Notes under the pieces: model-generated
Database searches by the model: none
The model's input: only the letters and a program-made list of their open reading frames with translations
Told to the model about the DNA's origin: nothing
In this document: piece by piece, positions 41,021-52,796 of the stretch
How positions within the stretch are numbered: the first letter of the stretch is position 1
Layout of the letters: every line of letters starts with the position of its first letter
Translations under genes and position numbers: made by a program
Assembly: GCA_965201145.1 (NCBI GenBank)
Contig: CBDAVT010000001.1
Location: 106 to 64,105 of the forward strand
Source of the DNA: Dehalococcoidia bacterium
GTDB taxonomy: Bacteria; Chloroflexota; Dehalococcoidia; Lucifugimonadales; UBA3495
Direction of reading: 5' to 3'
Length of the DNA: 64,000 nucleotides

Positions 41021-42238
41021 CTAGATTCCCGCCTGCTGCCGCAGCGTGTCCGCCTTGTCCGTGCGCTCCCAGGGCAAGTCCATATCGTTGCGTCCGAAGT
41101 GGCCGTAGGCCGCCGTCCGGCGATAGATGGGACGGCGCAGGTTCAGGTCCTCGATAATTGCGCCGGGACGCAGGTCGAAGTTTTCCCGGACCAGCTCTTC
41201 AATGCGACCGTTGTCCAGGTGGTTGGTGTCAAAGGTTTCCACCGACACCGAAATAGGCTCGGCAACGCCGATAGCGTAGGAAACGATGACCTCCACCCGG
41301 TCGGCCAGTTTGGCGGCTACCAGATTCTTGGCGACGTACCGGGCGGCGTAGGCGCCGGACCGGTCAACCTTCGTCGGGTCTTTACCGGAGAAAGCGCCGC
41401 CGCCGTGCCGGGCAATGCCCCCGTAGGTGTCCACCAGAATCTTGCGCCCGGTCAGGCCGGTGTCCCCCTGGGGCCCGCCAACGACGAACCAGCCGCTGGG
41501 GTTCACGAAGATGTTGGTATCATCGTCCATCATCTCGCCGGCAATGGGATCAATAACGTGCTTCCTGATGTCCTTGCGCAACTGCTTGGTGAAGGCGTCC
41601 CGGTCTTGCTGGTCCTCATGCTGGGTGCTGATAACCACGGCATCTACCCGGTGTGGCCGGCCGTGGCGATACTCGACGGTTACCTGAGATTTGCCGTCGG
41701 GGCCCAGGTAGGGAAGAACGCCATCCTTGCGAACTGCGGACAGTCGCTCCACCAGACGGTGCGACAAGTCCACCGTAAGGGGCATCAACCCTTCGGTCTC
41801 GTTACAGGCGAAGCCAACCATCATACCCTGGTCGCCGGCCCCGGTAGCGCGCCGGGCGTCGGCCTCCGATTCGCCCCGATGTTCCAGCGAGGTGGTTACG
41901 CCACTGCTGATGTCCGGCGACTGTTGGCTGACGTGAGCGATTACGCCGCAGGAATTGCCGTCCAGTCCGTACTTGACGTCAACATATCCGATTTCCTGCA
42001 TTACGCCGCGGGCAATCTCGTTGAAATCCAGCGGAGAGCCGGTGGTAATCTCGCCGGTCACCATCACCAGATTCTTGGTGGCAACGGTTTCGCAGGCCAC
42101 CCGACTCATCCGGTCTCCGGACAGGGCAGCATCCAGGACGGCATCCGAAATCTGGTCGCAAAGCTTGTCCGGGTGGCCTTCGGTCACCGATTCGGAAGTC
42201 AGCAGATATTTAGGGGAAGTCATAAATTGTATTGGCAT
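41021..42238 (-). CDS. metK: S-adenosylmethionine synthetase
   Basis: [26 protein letters not shown]; ATG at 42238 after GGAGG. Confidence 0.97.
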   Translation of the reverse strand: MPIQFMTSPKYLLTSESVTEGHPDKLCDQISDAVLDAALSGDRMSRVACETVATKNLVMVTGEITTGSPLDFNEIARGVMQEIGYVDVKYGLDGNSCGVIAHVSQQSPDISSGVTTSLEHRGESEADARRATGAGDQGMMVGFACNETEGLMPLTVDLSHRLVERLSAVRKDGVLPYLGPDGKSQVTVEYRHGRPHRVDAVVISTQHEDQQDRDAFTKQLRKDIRKHVIDPIAGEMMDDDTNIFVNPSGWFVVGGPQGDTGLTGRKILVDTYGGIARHGGGAFSGKDPTKVDRSGAYAARYVAKNLVAAKLADRVEVIVSYAIGVAEPISVSVETFDTNHLDNGRIEELVRENFDLRPGAIIEDLNLRRPIYRRTAAYGHFGRNDMDLPWERTDKADTLRQQAGI

Positions 42239-42351
42239 TGGTAAATCCTCCATTTGATATTGCGGGGAACGGGAATAGTTGCAAATTGCCAGGGACTTGA
42301 AGTGGTGTTCCGCCGCAAACAGATTTGGTGGGCCGAGGGGCGGTGCGGGAA

Positions 42352-43626
<1,275 letters not shown>

Positions 43627-43674
43627 TCAACTCCTCTTTGTTCTGTTTTGCGGTTTTTCGTTACCGCATACGCA

Positions 43675-44025
43675 TTAGTGGTAGGCAGTGGGATGTCCTC
43701 CGGCAATCCAGGCCGGCGTACCGTCATCGATGTTATAGAGATTTTCGGTATCGTAGCCCATGGAAAAGGCTACTTCGCACGCCAGACCGCTGCGGACACC
43801 CATAGCGCAGATAAACAGCACTTTTTTATCCCGGGGCACTTCCTCTATCCGGTCGGGAAGGTCATCTATGGGGATATGAATCGCGCCGGCAATATGGCCG
43901 GTAACCCATTCGTCGTCCCGCCGGACATCAACCACGACTGTTCCGCCGGCGTCTTCATCCAGAATCGACCGGGCTTCATCGGAATCCACCCGGTAATAGG
44001 GTTCGCCAGGTGCTTGCCTGGGCAT
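43675..44025 (-). CDS. Single-domain rhodanese (sulfurtransferase)
   Basis: DVR...EW..GHIAGA, active-site loop CAMGVRS. Confidence 0.88.
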   Translation of the reverse strand: MPRQAPGEPYYRVDSDEARSILDEDAGGTVVVDVRRDDEWVTGHIAGAIHIPIDDLPDRIEEVPRDKKVLFICAMGVRSGLACEVAFSMGYDTENLYNIDDGTPAWIAGGHPTAYH

Positions 44026-44107
44026 AGTACTTACCTCCTGTTTGAATAGCGGTCGCGCCGCCGCTCGATTTACTGATTCCGATAGGCTTCCCGCATTTAC
44101 CAATCCG

Positions 44108-44977
44108 CTAACCCAGATACTTGCCTACAATGGGGGCCAATTTTTGTTTGACCTCCTCCGGCACTGCTTCGGGAGCCGTTATAATGGCGTCCTTCAGGGC
44201 GGAATTGCAGGCGCAATCCGAGGCTGTTCCCAACTGCGGAATAACCCGGCGCAGCATTTCCCGGGAATTTGACACATTCTGCAGCAGATTTTGCACCACC
44301 AGCTCAACGGTTACGGTCTCTTCCGACTCGTGCCAGCAGTCATAGTCGGTTATCCAGGCCATGGTGGCATAGCAAATTTCCGCTTCCCGCGCCAGCTTCG
44401 CTTCCGGCAGCGCAGTCATCCCGATGATGTCCGCACCCCAGGAACGGTACATAAAGGACTCGGCCCGGGTGGAAAAGGCCGGGCCTTCCATAACTACCAT
44501 CGTTCCACCCGAATGGGTAGGCACTCCAACTTCATTCCCGGCCGCCGCAATAACCGCACTGGCCTGGGGACAGAAAGGGTCGGCAAAACCGATATGCGCT
44601 ACAATCCCTTCGTTAAAGAAAGTATTGACTCGACTGCGGGTGCGGTCGATTAGCTGGTCCGGAACAACCAGGTCCAGCGGAGCAAATTCCTCCTTCAGGC
44701 TGCCGACGGCGCTGACCGAAACGATGCGCCGAACCCCCAAAGTTTTCAGGGCGAAAATGTTGGCCCGAGCCGGTATCCCGGTAGGGTTAATGCGATGGCC
44801 TCTGCCGTGCCGGGGCAGGAAAGCAACCCGGATTCCATCCAGCGTACCGATTACCACGTTGTCCGAGGGTTTGCCAAAGGGTGTGTCCAGGTCAACGTAA
44901 TCAACATCGGTCAGCCCCTCCATTTCATAGAGACCGCTGCCGCCAATTACACCGACAGTTACTTCCTGACCAACCAT
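44108..44977 (-). CDS. mtnP: S-methyl-5'-thioadenosine phosphorylase
   Basis: IGGSG, LPRHG, EGPAFSTRAES, GMT, TDYDCW. Confidence 0.95.
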   Translation of the reverse strand: MVGQEVTVGVIGGSGLYEMEGLTDVDYVDLDTPFGKPSDNVVIGTLDGIRVAFLPRHGRGHRINPTGIPARANIFALKTLGVRRIVSVSAVGSLKEEFAPLDLVVPDQLIDRTRSRVNTFFNEGIVAHIGFADPFCPQASAVIAAAGNEVGVPTHSGGTMVVMEGPAFSTRAESFMYRSWGADIIGMTALPEAKLAREAEICYATMAWITDYDCWHESEETVTVELVVQNLLQNVSNSREMLRRVIPQLGTASDCACNSALKDAIITAPEAVPEEVKQKLAPIVGKYLG

Positions 44978-44984
44978 ATCACTC

Positions 44985-46073
44985 CTATAAATTGGGAACT
45001 TCACCGGCAGCGTAAAAAGTGGACCGGAAAACCCGGTTTACAACCTGCCCTTCTGCGTCGGCATAGAAATAAGGGTTAATGTATTCCCAAACAACTTCAC
45101 CGGCAGCAGTTACCTGGAACATTCGGCCAAACATCCCCTCAGTTATCAGGGTGTTCCCGTTAGGGATCCGGCGCGCCCCGGAAATGTAGGGGCTGAAAAA
45201 GTTATAGGCCGGCGAATCCTGATACTGCCAAACTATTTCGTTGGTGGCCGGGTCAACTTCGATGACCCGCGAAAAGGGAAGCCCGACGTGCTTCCGGTGG
45301 GAACCGTTATCGTAGATGAGGACATTGCCGTTGGGCAGCAGGTTAGGGTCGTGCTGCTGGGCCAGTACTGTATCTCCCAGTTGCCAGGTTATGTCTCCCG
45401 ACTTCTTGTCGATTATTCCCACAGTAGATATGTTTCGGAAGCTGAACATCACCCGGTCGCCATCCAGGGGAGCTACCGTATTGCCGTGGCTCCACTCATC
45501 CCTAAGGTCGTTGAAGGTAAGGATATGCTGCGCCGGGTCCAGATGTGCGGCGGCGTGCCATTCCCAGACTCGATTGCCGGACGCATCCACTTCAACTATG
45601 ACATCCGCCCACATACCCTCGGCGTCGGTGCCGGGCACTCCACCCTGGACTTGGGCCGCCAGGTCCGGGTTCATCAATTCTACCGTCAGATACATCGCGC
45701 CGCCTTCCGGTGTCCGGCGAGCGTCATGGTGATGTTCCGGGTCGAAGTGTTCCCAGACTATATTGCCCTCCCAATCGACCTCCAGCACTACGCCGCCCTT
45801 GAACCGCTTCCAGGAAGGGAAGCGATCCCAGGTCTCATCCCGGGTCTTGCCGCCATAGAACAGGTTCCCGTTAGGCAGCAGGTAGCCGTACAGGCCCGGC
45901 GGATGGGGCAGTTTCCACTGGTGGACTTCCTCGCCTTGCAAATTCACCAGGTACACCTCGCCAGCACCGCTCATAGGCGCATAAAGCAAGTAACCCGGGC
46001 AAGCCTTGTCTTCCTCACATACGGTCAAACCGGTGCGGGCCATTCGGCGGCGTGTCTGCTGGTCGGTGGGCAT
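44985..46073 (-). CDS. Aryl-sulfate sulfotransferase (ASST) family beta-propeller protein
   Basis: HHD, WSHGN, SFRN, QQHDP, YDNG, LPNGN repeats. Confidence 0.82.
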   Translation of the reverse strand: MPTDQQTRRRMARTGLTVCEEDKACPGYLLYAPMSGAGEVYLVNLQGEEVHQWKLPHPPGLYGYLLPNGNLFYGGKTRDETWDRFPSWKRFKGGVVLEVDWEGNIVWEHFDPEHHHDARRTPEGGAMYLTVELMNPDLAAQVQGGVPGTDAEGMWADVIVEVDASGNRVWEWHAAAHLDPAQHILTFNDLRDEWSHGNTVAPLDGDRVMFSFRNISTVGIIDKKSGDITWQLGDTVLAQQHDPNLLPNGNVLIYDNGSHRKHVGLPFSRVIEVDPATNEIVWQYQDSPAYNFFSPYISGARRIPNGNTLITEGMFGRMFQVTAAGEVVWEYINPYFYADAEGQVVNRVFRSTFYAAGEVPNL

Positions 46074-46118
46074 AATATATCCTCAACAATCCCTGATTTG
46101 GGTGCGCCTGGCTGTCGA

Positions 46119-47162
46119 TTATCCGGCTACGGCCAGCTTCAAGCCATCTACATAGGGCGGGCGAACTACTGCGTTTTCGGTAACGATTGCGCTGATATAA
46201 CGATGGGGCGTAACGTCAAAGGCCGGATTCAGAGCATCCACCCCGGACGGCGCGGTGGATACACCCTGAATTTGGGTAACTTCCACGCCGGGTCGCTCTT
46301 CAATCTGAATTTCTTCGCCCGATTCCAGACTCAGGTCAACGGTGCTGGTGGGCGCGGCGATATAGAAGGGTATTCCATTCTCCCGGGCCAAGACGGCCAA
46401 AGCATAGGTGCCAATCTTGTTGGCCGTATCGCCATTGGCCGCAATACGGTCAGCGCCGGTTATGACACAGCTTATCTCACCCCGCTGCATCAGCAGCCCA
46501 GCCGCCGAATCCACAATCAGGGTAGCGGGAATACCCAACTGCTGAAACTCCCAGGAGGTCAGCCGGGCGCCCTGCAGAAAAGGCCGAGTCTCGGTATTGA
46601 AAACCTTGAACCGCCGGCCCGCTTCCCAGCCGGCTCGTATAACGCCCAGGGCAGTGCCGAAAGCCGAAGTAGCCAATGCGCCCGTATTGCAGTGGGTCAG
46701 CACCGCTCCGCCGTCAGGCATCAATGTCTTGCCAAAATCTCCCATGCGGCGGTTAATTTCCTCGTCTTCCTCCTGAATGCGCCTGGCCTCAATCAGCAGC
46801 CGTTCCCGGGCGCCTGCCGGAGTCGCTTCCGCCTCGGCCACGGCCAGCATCCGGCTCACGGCCCATTGCAGGTTAACCGCCGTAGGCCGAGCGGCGTTAA
46901 TCACCGCCGCCGCTTCCCGAAGGTCGGCCAAAAAGGACTCTGCGTCATTGGCTGCCGACTCCGCCGCCGCCATAACCACGGCGTAGGCCGCCGTTACGCC
47001 AATGGCGGGAGCGCCCCGAACCTGCATACTCCGAATCGCGTCCACGGCGCCGCGGTAGTCAGCCAACTCGACGACCAGCTCCTCGGCCGGAAGCCGGGTC
47101 TGGTCCAAAAGTTTCAGAATACCGTCCGCCCACCGGATGGGACGTATTTCGTTTACGGTCAA
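46119..47162 (-). CDS. mtnA: Methylthioribose-1-phosphate isomerase
   Basis: LDQT, VRGAPAIG, RPTAVNL, THCNTG, ETRP, ANKIGTY. Confidence 0.96.
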   Translation of the reverse strand: MTVNEIRPIRWADGILKLLDQTRLPAEELVVELADYRGAVDAIRSMQVRGAPAIGVTAAYAVVMAAAESAANDAESFLADLREAAAVINAARPTAVNLQWAVSRMLAVAEAEATPAGARERLLIEARRIQEEDEEINRRMGDFGKTLMPDGGAVLTHCNTGALATSAFGTALGVIRAGWEAGRRFKVFNTETRPFLQGARLTSWEFQQLGIPATLIVDSAAGLLMQRGEISCVITGADRIAANGDTANKIGTYALAVLARENGIPFYIAAPTSTVDLSLESGEEIQIEERPGVEVTQIQGVSTAPSGVDALNPAFDVTPHRYISAIVTENAVVRPPYVDGLKLAVAG

Positions 47163-47186
47163 AAACTACCTCGCTTTCCCAAGCAT

Positions 47187-47212
47187 AAAAAAAGCTTCTC
47201 ACTGAGAGAAGC
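47187..47212 (-). terminator. Riboswitch expression-platform terminator
   Basis: Minus strand GCTTCTC-TCAGT-GAGAAGC followed by T7, between the aptamer and mtnA. Confidence 0.8.
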
Positions 47213-47230
47213 ACACTTTTTTCGCGGCTC

Positions 47231-47354
47231 CCTCATCTTTCCTCTACCCCACATACCGGGGAGAAGCCGGATTTAGCACCTTGCCCCAAGGTTCCACCAC
47301 CGGGGCCGGTTGCTTGGCTTCATCGGGCCGTTCCCTCTGCCTTTCTGGATAAGG
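47231..47354 (-). ncRNA. SAM-I (S-box) riboswitch
   Basis: Minus strand CUUAUC-CAGAAAGGCAGAGGGAACGGCCCGAUGAAGCC-AAGCAACC...GGUGCUAAAUCC...GAAAGAUGAG; P1 CUUAUC/GAUGAG; upstream of SAM-cycle genes. Confidence 0.93.
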
Positions 47355-47398
47355 GTTCCAGATATAGTATTCTCTTTTTAAGCTATCAGGTGAGGGTT

Positions 47399-47428
47399 AT
47401 AATAACCAATCAGGTCAAAGGCTGTCAA
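47399..47428 (-). promoter_or_regulatory. Sigma70 promoter for the riboswitch/mtnA operon
   Basis: TTGACA-N18-TATTAT on the minus strand. Confidence 0.6.
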
Positions 47429-47587
47429 ATCAGGATATTTCATTAGTTCGTAATATAATATGTCGTTTTTTGACTACTTCACCGACTTAATCTATCGATT
47501 ACAGTTATAATTTGCTATTTTAGTAATGATTACGCTATTAACTGCCATAACTCAGGTTCTCCGGCCAATAACTGATGCTCTGGAATG

Positions 47588-47698
47588 CCCTCACCCCCGG
47601 CCCCTCTCCCTGAGGGAGAGTGAAGATGGTGGTTGAAGACAATGCACGCTTATCTCCTTTGAAATCCCTTTCCTCCGGGGAGAGGGCTGGGGTGAGAG
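47588..47698. repeat. Pair of inverted REP-like palindromic repeats
   Basis: CCCTCACCCCCGGCCCCTCTCCC-TGA-GGGAGAG (47588-47620) and an inverted copy (47666-47698); degenerate copy at 4777-4815. Confidence 0.65.
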
Positions 47699-47807
47699 CG
47701 GCTCGGAGTTTTGCGCTTCCTCTTGCCAAACAGATTACTGCCTTGCCGGAAACTCTGTGTTATACTTTTCGCCGGTAAAACTCGACATTCTATAGGGGGC
47801 GCCTTTC

Positions 47808-49028
47808 ATGGCCGGTGCAATAGAGTTCATGGACGGTGGCACGATTACCTCGCCGCAAGGCTTTGTGGCCGGGGCTACCTTTGCCGGGCTAAAAACTTTT
47901 GCCGAAGACAAGCTGGACCTGGGCATCCTCTTTTCCGATGCCCCTTGCGCTACTGCCGGTGTTTTTACTACCAGCACCGTCAGGTCGCCCGGAGTCACGG
48001 TGGACCAGGAACGGCTGGCCCAGGGGATTCCCATGCGGGCGCTGATTGTCAACGCCGGTATCGCCAATACCTGCGTGGGAGAGCAAGGATATATTGACGC
48101 CGTCGAGATGACCGGCCTGGCCGCAGCCAAGACCGGCGTTACTCCGGAAGAGGCTCTGGTGTGCAGCACCGGCGTTATCGGGGTGGAACTGCCTATGTCC
48201 CTGATTCGCGACGGGGTGGAACAAATAGAACTGGAAAGTCAGGGCGGCCCCGCGCTGGCCCGGGCGATTATGACTACCGATACTCGTCCCAAAGAGGCAG
48301 CGGTTTCCTTCCAACTGGACGGCAAGGAAATCCGACTGGGCGGCATTGCCAAAGGTTCCGGTATGATTCACCCTAATATGGCTACTATGCTGTCCTTCCT
48401 GACCACTGATGCGGCGGTGGAACCCGGTTTCCTCCGGAAGACCCTCAGCCAGGTAGCCGACGATACCTACAATATGCTGACGGTGGATGGTGACTCCAGC
48501 ACCAACGATACTGTGCTGCTGATGGCTAACGGCGCCGCCGGCAATGCGGAAATCACCGAGGGAACCCCGGAGGCAGCGACTTTTGCCGAAGCTCTGCGCC
48601 AGATCTGCACCTACCTGACTCGCGAGTTAGCCCGGGATGGCGAAGGCGCTTCACACCTGATCGTGGTGGATGTGGACGGCGCAGCCAGCGTCGCCGAGGC
48701 CCGTATGGCGGCGAGAACCATCGCCTCCTCCAGCCTGGTCAAGTCGGCGGTTTTCGGGACCGACCCTAATTGGGGACGAGTGTTAGCCGCCCTGGGACGC
48801 AGTGGCGCCGCCGCGGATGAGGACAAGATAGACCTCTTCATCAACGGGGTCTGCATCATGGAGGCCGGTAAACCCATACCCTTTCACCGGGATGCGGTAG
48901 TCGCGCTGATGAAGCGGCCCGAAGTAACTTTCCGGTTGCAGCTAAACCTGGGCGACGGCGACGCCACCGCCTGGGGCTGCGACCTGACCGAAGAATACGT
49001 AATCATCAACAGCGCCTATACTACCTAG
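47808..49028 (+). CDS. argJ: Bifunctional ornithine acetyltransferase/N-acetylglutamate synthase
   Basis: STGVIG, IMTTDT, KGSGMIHPNMATML, DGEGA, WGCDLT. Confidence 0.97.
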   Translation: MAGAIEFMDGGTITSPQGFVAGATFAGLKTFAEDKLDLGILFSDAPCATAGVFTTSTVRSPGVTVDQERLAQGIPMRALIVNAGIANTCVGEQGYIDAVEMTGLAAAKTGVTPEEALVCSTGVIGVELPMSLIRDGVEQIELESQGGPALARAIMTTDTRPKEAAVSFQLDGKEIRLGGIAKGSGMIHPNMATMLSFLTTDAAVEPGFLRKTLSQVADDTYNMLTVDGDSSTNDTVLLMANGAAGNAEITEGTPEAATFAEALRQICTYLTRELARDGEGASHLIVVDVDGAASVAEARMAARTIASSSLVKSAVFGTDPNWGRVLAALGRSGAAADEDKIDLFINGVCIMEAGKPIPFHRDAVVALMKRPEVTFRLQLNLGDGDATAWGCDLTEEYVIINSAYTT

Positions 49029-49194
49029 TTCCCGACTCCGGCAGCCCGGAGCAGCATTGGCCGGCGCCAGGAACGGAATGAGGAGACCGGTTGCCGGTTC
49101 CCCGGTTAATAATCCTCCCAGCGTTGCGGCAAACACCGGTTGGGAGGATTTTTAACTTTGCTGCGGTAAACTCTAATCCAACCCGGAGGTTGGC

Positions 49195-49992
49195 GTGCCA
49201 GACCGGCAAGCAGTTTCACCTATAGTAGTAAAAATCGGGGGCAGCACCCTGGGCAGTAATGACACCAGCCTGATGGACCTGGTTGCATTGCAGCAGCAGG
49301 GACGGGACGTGGTAGTAGTTCACGGCGGCGGCCCGGTTATATCCCAATGGATGCAGCGACAGGGAATTGCGCCCAGATTCGTTAACGGGCTGCGGGTTAC
49401 CGATGCTGATAGCCTGGACATTGTGGTCGCAGTCCTCACCGGCCTCGTCAATAAGGAGCTGGTAAGCATCCTGCACGGACTAGGCGCCCGGGCGCTGGGG
49501 ATTAGCGGCATTGACGCCGGTATCCTGGAAGCCCGCATCGCCAACCCGGACCTGGGCTATGTGGGCGAAATCAGCCGGGTAAACCCGGACCCCATCTATG
49601 CCCTGCTGGAGGGCGGCTACATCCCGGTCCTGGCGCCGCTGGCTATGCAGGAACGCGACGGATCCGAACACGCCGGCCAGGCCTTGAACATTAACGGCGA
49701 TACCGTAGCCGGGGAGTTGGCCCAGGCCCTGGGGGCGGCCCACCTGATTTTCCTGACCGATGTGCCCGGAGTAATGGACGGCAACGGCCGGGTCCTCCGC
49801 CGGCTGGACCGGCGGCGCGCCGGCCTGCTGCTCAATTCCGAAGTAGTGCGCGGGGGGATGATTCCCAAACTGGAGGCCTGCTTGCGCGCTCTGGAAAAAT
49901 CTCCGGTGGCCGACATCGTGGACGGACGGGAATCCGGGGCGCTGCTGCAGTGCCTTGAAGGCGACGGCGGCGGTACGCGTATTCTGGGGTGA
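49195..49992 (+). CDS. argB: Acetylglutamate kinase
   Basis: KIGG, VHGGG, GLRVTD, NINGD, GGMIPK. Confidence 0.95.
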   Translation: MPDRQAVSPIVVKIGGSTLGSNDTSLMDLVALQQQGRDVVVVHGGGPVISQWMQRQGIAPRFVNGLRVTDADSLDIVVAVLTGLVNKELVSILHGLGARALGISGIDAGILEARIANPDLGYVGEISRVNPDPIYALLEGGYIPVLAPLAMQERDGSEHAGQALNINGDTVAGELAQALGAAHLIFLTDVPGVMDGNGRVLRRLDRRRAGLLLNSEVVRGGMIPKLEACLRALEKSPVADIVDGRESGALLQCLEGDGGGTRILG

Positions 49993-50072
49993 GGTAAATT
50001 TGCCGGCAGCCAATGCAGAAACCTCGCCGCCCATTAAAACAGGCGACCTGATTTTCCAGCGAGCAGCTTCCC

Positions 50073-52796
50073 GTGAGCCATGACCTGATTAACGATGCAG
50101 ACCCGGTGGCCGGCCCGCCGCTGCCCGGCATTTCCGCTGCCGGGTTGCGGCAGGCGCGCCGTTGGCTCACGGCAGCGGCTGTAGTCATCGCTTTGCTCTT
50201 CCTGGGCCGCTGGCTGATTGGCATCTATGCTGACTGGCTGTGGTACAACCAACTGGGTTACGGCCACGTCTTTATCACCATTTTATCCGTCAAGGCAACC
50301 ATCTTCGCCGTAGGCGGCCTGATGGCCGCCACCCTGGTCTCCCTGAATCTGGCGATAGTACTGCCTCTTTCCCTGGGCCCGGTCACCAGAGTACTGCCGG
50401 AGAATTTTTTAAGGCTGGTCCTGGGCGCCCTGCGGCTTCTTATCCACCTCAGCGTACTCACTACCGGCCTGGTTTTCGGCTGGGTGGCTGCGGAGCGCTG
50501 GGAATTGGGCATTATGCTGCTCTACCAAACCCCTTTTGGCATCGACGACCCCCAATTCAGCCGGGATATTATGTTCTATATAGTCAACCTGAACGTGGTT
50601 CGGGCTGGGCATTCCTGGCTTTTGGCCCTGTTTATTGTAACTATCGCCTTGTCCCTTTCCCTTTATGCGGGAATTTATTTCCTGCGCGGATCGCGCCCGG
50701 TGCTGACTCCCCGAATTATGCTGCACCTGGCAATGCTGGGCCTGCTGCTGATGCTGGTTCTGGCCCTGCACCACATTATCAGCGTCTATGAGCTAGTTCT
50801 CTCCGACCGGGGCGTAGTTGCCGGAGCGACCTACGCCGACGTGAACGCCCGTATTCCCGTTTACTGGTTTCTGGTGGGGATTGCCGTTCTGGGGGCCGTG
50901 GGATTTGCCGGCAGTATATTTTTTGCCGGGCTGCGGTTAATGGTGGGTTCCTTCTCCCTGTGGGTGATTATGTTTCTGTTGGCTGGCATAATTTACCCGA
51001 TGCTGTTCCAGCGGTTTCAGGTTAACCCCGATGAGTTTGCCCGTGAACAGCCCTACATCCAGCGCAACATCGACGCTACCCGGGCTGCCTACGGGCTGGA
51101 CCAAATCCAGAAAAGTATCTATCCGGTGGCTGATTCCCTGACCGAATCCACCGCCCGGGAGAACCGCAGCACTCTGGACGGTATTCGACTGTGGGATGCC
51201 GGCACCTTGCAGGGAGCGTACAATCAGCTTCAGTTTATGGAACTCTACTATAATTTTTTGAATATTGATTCCGACCGATATATGGTGGACGGGAAACAGC
51301 AGCAGGTGTTGCTCGGAGCCCGGGAGCTGGACCCGGAAAACCTGCCCGGAGATGCCCGGAACTGGGTTAACCAGCGACTCCAGTACACCCACGGTTTTGG
51401 GGTATCCATGACCCCGGCTACCGGCTATACTCCCGGTGAGGGCCGTCCCGAGTATTTCATTCAGGACATCCCGATTCGTGGCACGCTGCCCGTTACCCGC
51501 CCGGAAGTATATTACGGAGAATCCCCGGTAGAGTTCGCTATCGTAAACACCGAAATGCGGGAAGTGAATCCTGACTCTGAATCGTGGAGCTACCAGGGGG
51601 AAGGCGGCGTCCCGCTGAATTCCCTGTTCCGGCGGCTGGTTTACGCCGTGGAATTTGGCGATGTGAACATCGCTCTCAGTGACCAGGTAACTCCGAACAG
51701 CCGTATCCAGTTCCGCCGCCATATTCAGGAAAGAGTAAAGACCGTTGCCCCCTTCCTGATGCTGGATGAAGACCCATACCCGGTACTGGACGAAGCGGGT
51801 AAGCTATGGTGGTTTCAGGACGCCTATACGGTTACGGACAGCTATCCCTACTCCACCGTCAGCGAGGACGGTTTCAACTACATTCGCAACAGCGTCAAAG
51901 CCGTAGTTGACGCCTATAACGGTCAGGTTACACTGTACGTCGTGGATCGAGAAGACCCGGTGCTGCAAATATACCGCAACGCCTTCCCGACCGTGTTCCG
52001 GCATCTGTCGGAAATGCCGGCCGACTTGAGGCTACACATTCGATACCCGATAACTCTCTTTTCAGCTCAGTCCCGGATGTACCTGCGGTATCACGTTGCC
52101 GACCCGCAAGTCTTCTTTAACCAGGCGGAGCAATGGGATATTCCCCTGGAAACCCGTTTCGGCAAAGACGGAGTAAGGGTTACCCCTACTTACCTGCTAA
52201 TGCGTCTGCCGGGCGAGGATGAGGATGAGTTCGTGCTGCTGATGCCCTTTTCTCCCGCCGGACAGAAGAAGAATCTGGTAGGGTGGCTGGCCGCCCGCAA
52301 TGACCCGCCCAATTACGGCCAACTGCGAAGTTACCATCTGCCCGACGACCGGCAAATTGACGGCCCCAGCCAGGTAGAGGCCCGTATTGAGAACGACCAG
52401 GAGTTTTCCCAGCAGTTTACCTTGTGGGATGGCTCCGGTTCCGAGATAATTCGGGGACGCCTGCTGTCTATACCCATTGCTGATACAATAGTCTATGTCG
52501 AGCCACTGTACCTGAGGTCCTCAATGCTGGACTTTCCCGAACTGAAAAAGGTTATACTGGCAGACAACACTAACCTGGCAATGGCCGATTCCATGGCGGA
52601 GGGCATCGCCCGGTTGACGGGAGCCGAGTACGAAGACCGGCCCGATGTCGCCGCCAGCGCCGGCTCCATCAGCCCCGAGCAGCAGGCCCAACTGGACCAA
52701 ATCGAGGCGAAAGTGACCGAACTGGACACCGCTCTGGAAGAACTGGAAAGCGCACTGCAAAATCTACGCAACACCTTGGGAGGTAATTCGCCATGA
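50073..52796 (+). CDS. UPF0182-family membrane protein
   Basis: N-terminal TM segments, DPQF..D..FY, NIDATRAAYGL, YTHGFG, NYIRNSVK, YVEPLY. Confidence 0.9.
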   Translation: MSHDLINDADPVAGPPLPGISAAGLRQARRWLTAAAVVIALLFLGRWLIGIYADWLWYNQLGYGHVFITILSVKATIFAVGGLMAATLVSLNLAIVLPLSLGPVTRVLPENFLRLVLGALRLLIHLSVLTTGLVFGWVAAERWELGIMLLYQTPFGIDDPQFSRDIMFYIVNLNVVRAGHSWLLALFIVTIALSLSLYAGIYFLRGSRPVLTPRIMLHLAMLGLLLMLVLALHHIISVYELVLSDRGVVAGATYADVNARIPVYWFLVGIAVLGAVGFAGSIFFAGLRLMVGSFSLWVIMFLLAGIIYPMLFQRFQVNPDEFAREQPYIQRNIDATRAAYGLDQIQKSIYPVADSLTESTARENRSTLDGIRLWDAGTLQGAYNQLQFMELYYNFLNIDSDRYMVDGKQQQVLLGARELDPENLPGDARNWVNQRLQYTHGFGVSMTPATGYTPGEGRPEYFIQDIPIRGTLPVTRPEVYYGESPVEFAIVNTEMREVNPDSESWSYQGEGGVPLNSLFRRLVYAVEFGDVNIALSDQVTPNSRIQFRRHIQERVKTVAPFLMLDEDPYPVLDEAGKLWWFQDAYTVTDSYPYSTVSEDGFNYIRNSVKAVVDAYNGQVTLYVVDREDPVLQIYRNAFPTVFRHLSEMPADLRLHIRYPITLFSAQSRMYLRYHVADPQVFFNQAEQWDIPLETRFGKDGVRVTPTYLLMRLPGEDEDEFVLLMPFSPAGQKKNLVGWLAARNDPPNYGQLRSYHLPDDRQIDGPSQVEARIENDQEFSQQFTLWDGSGSEIIRGRLLSIPIADTIVYVEPLYLRSSMLDFPELKKVILADNTNLAMADSMAEGIARLTGAEYEDRPDVAASAGSISPEQQAQLDQIEAKVTELDTALEELESALQNLRNTLGGNSP

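Noticed and set aside
45288-47276. 662-aa plus-strand ORF
   Set aside because: Antisense shadow of the ASST gene and mtnA.
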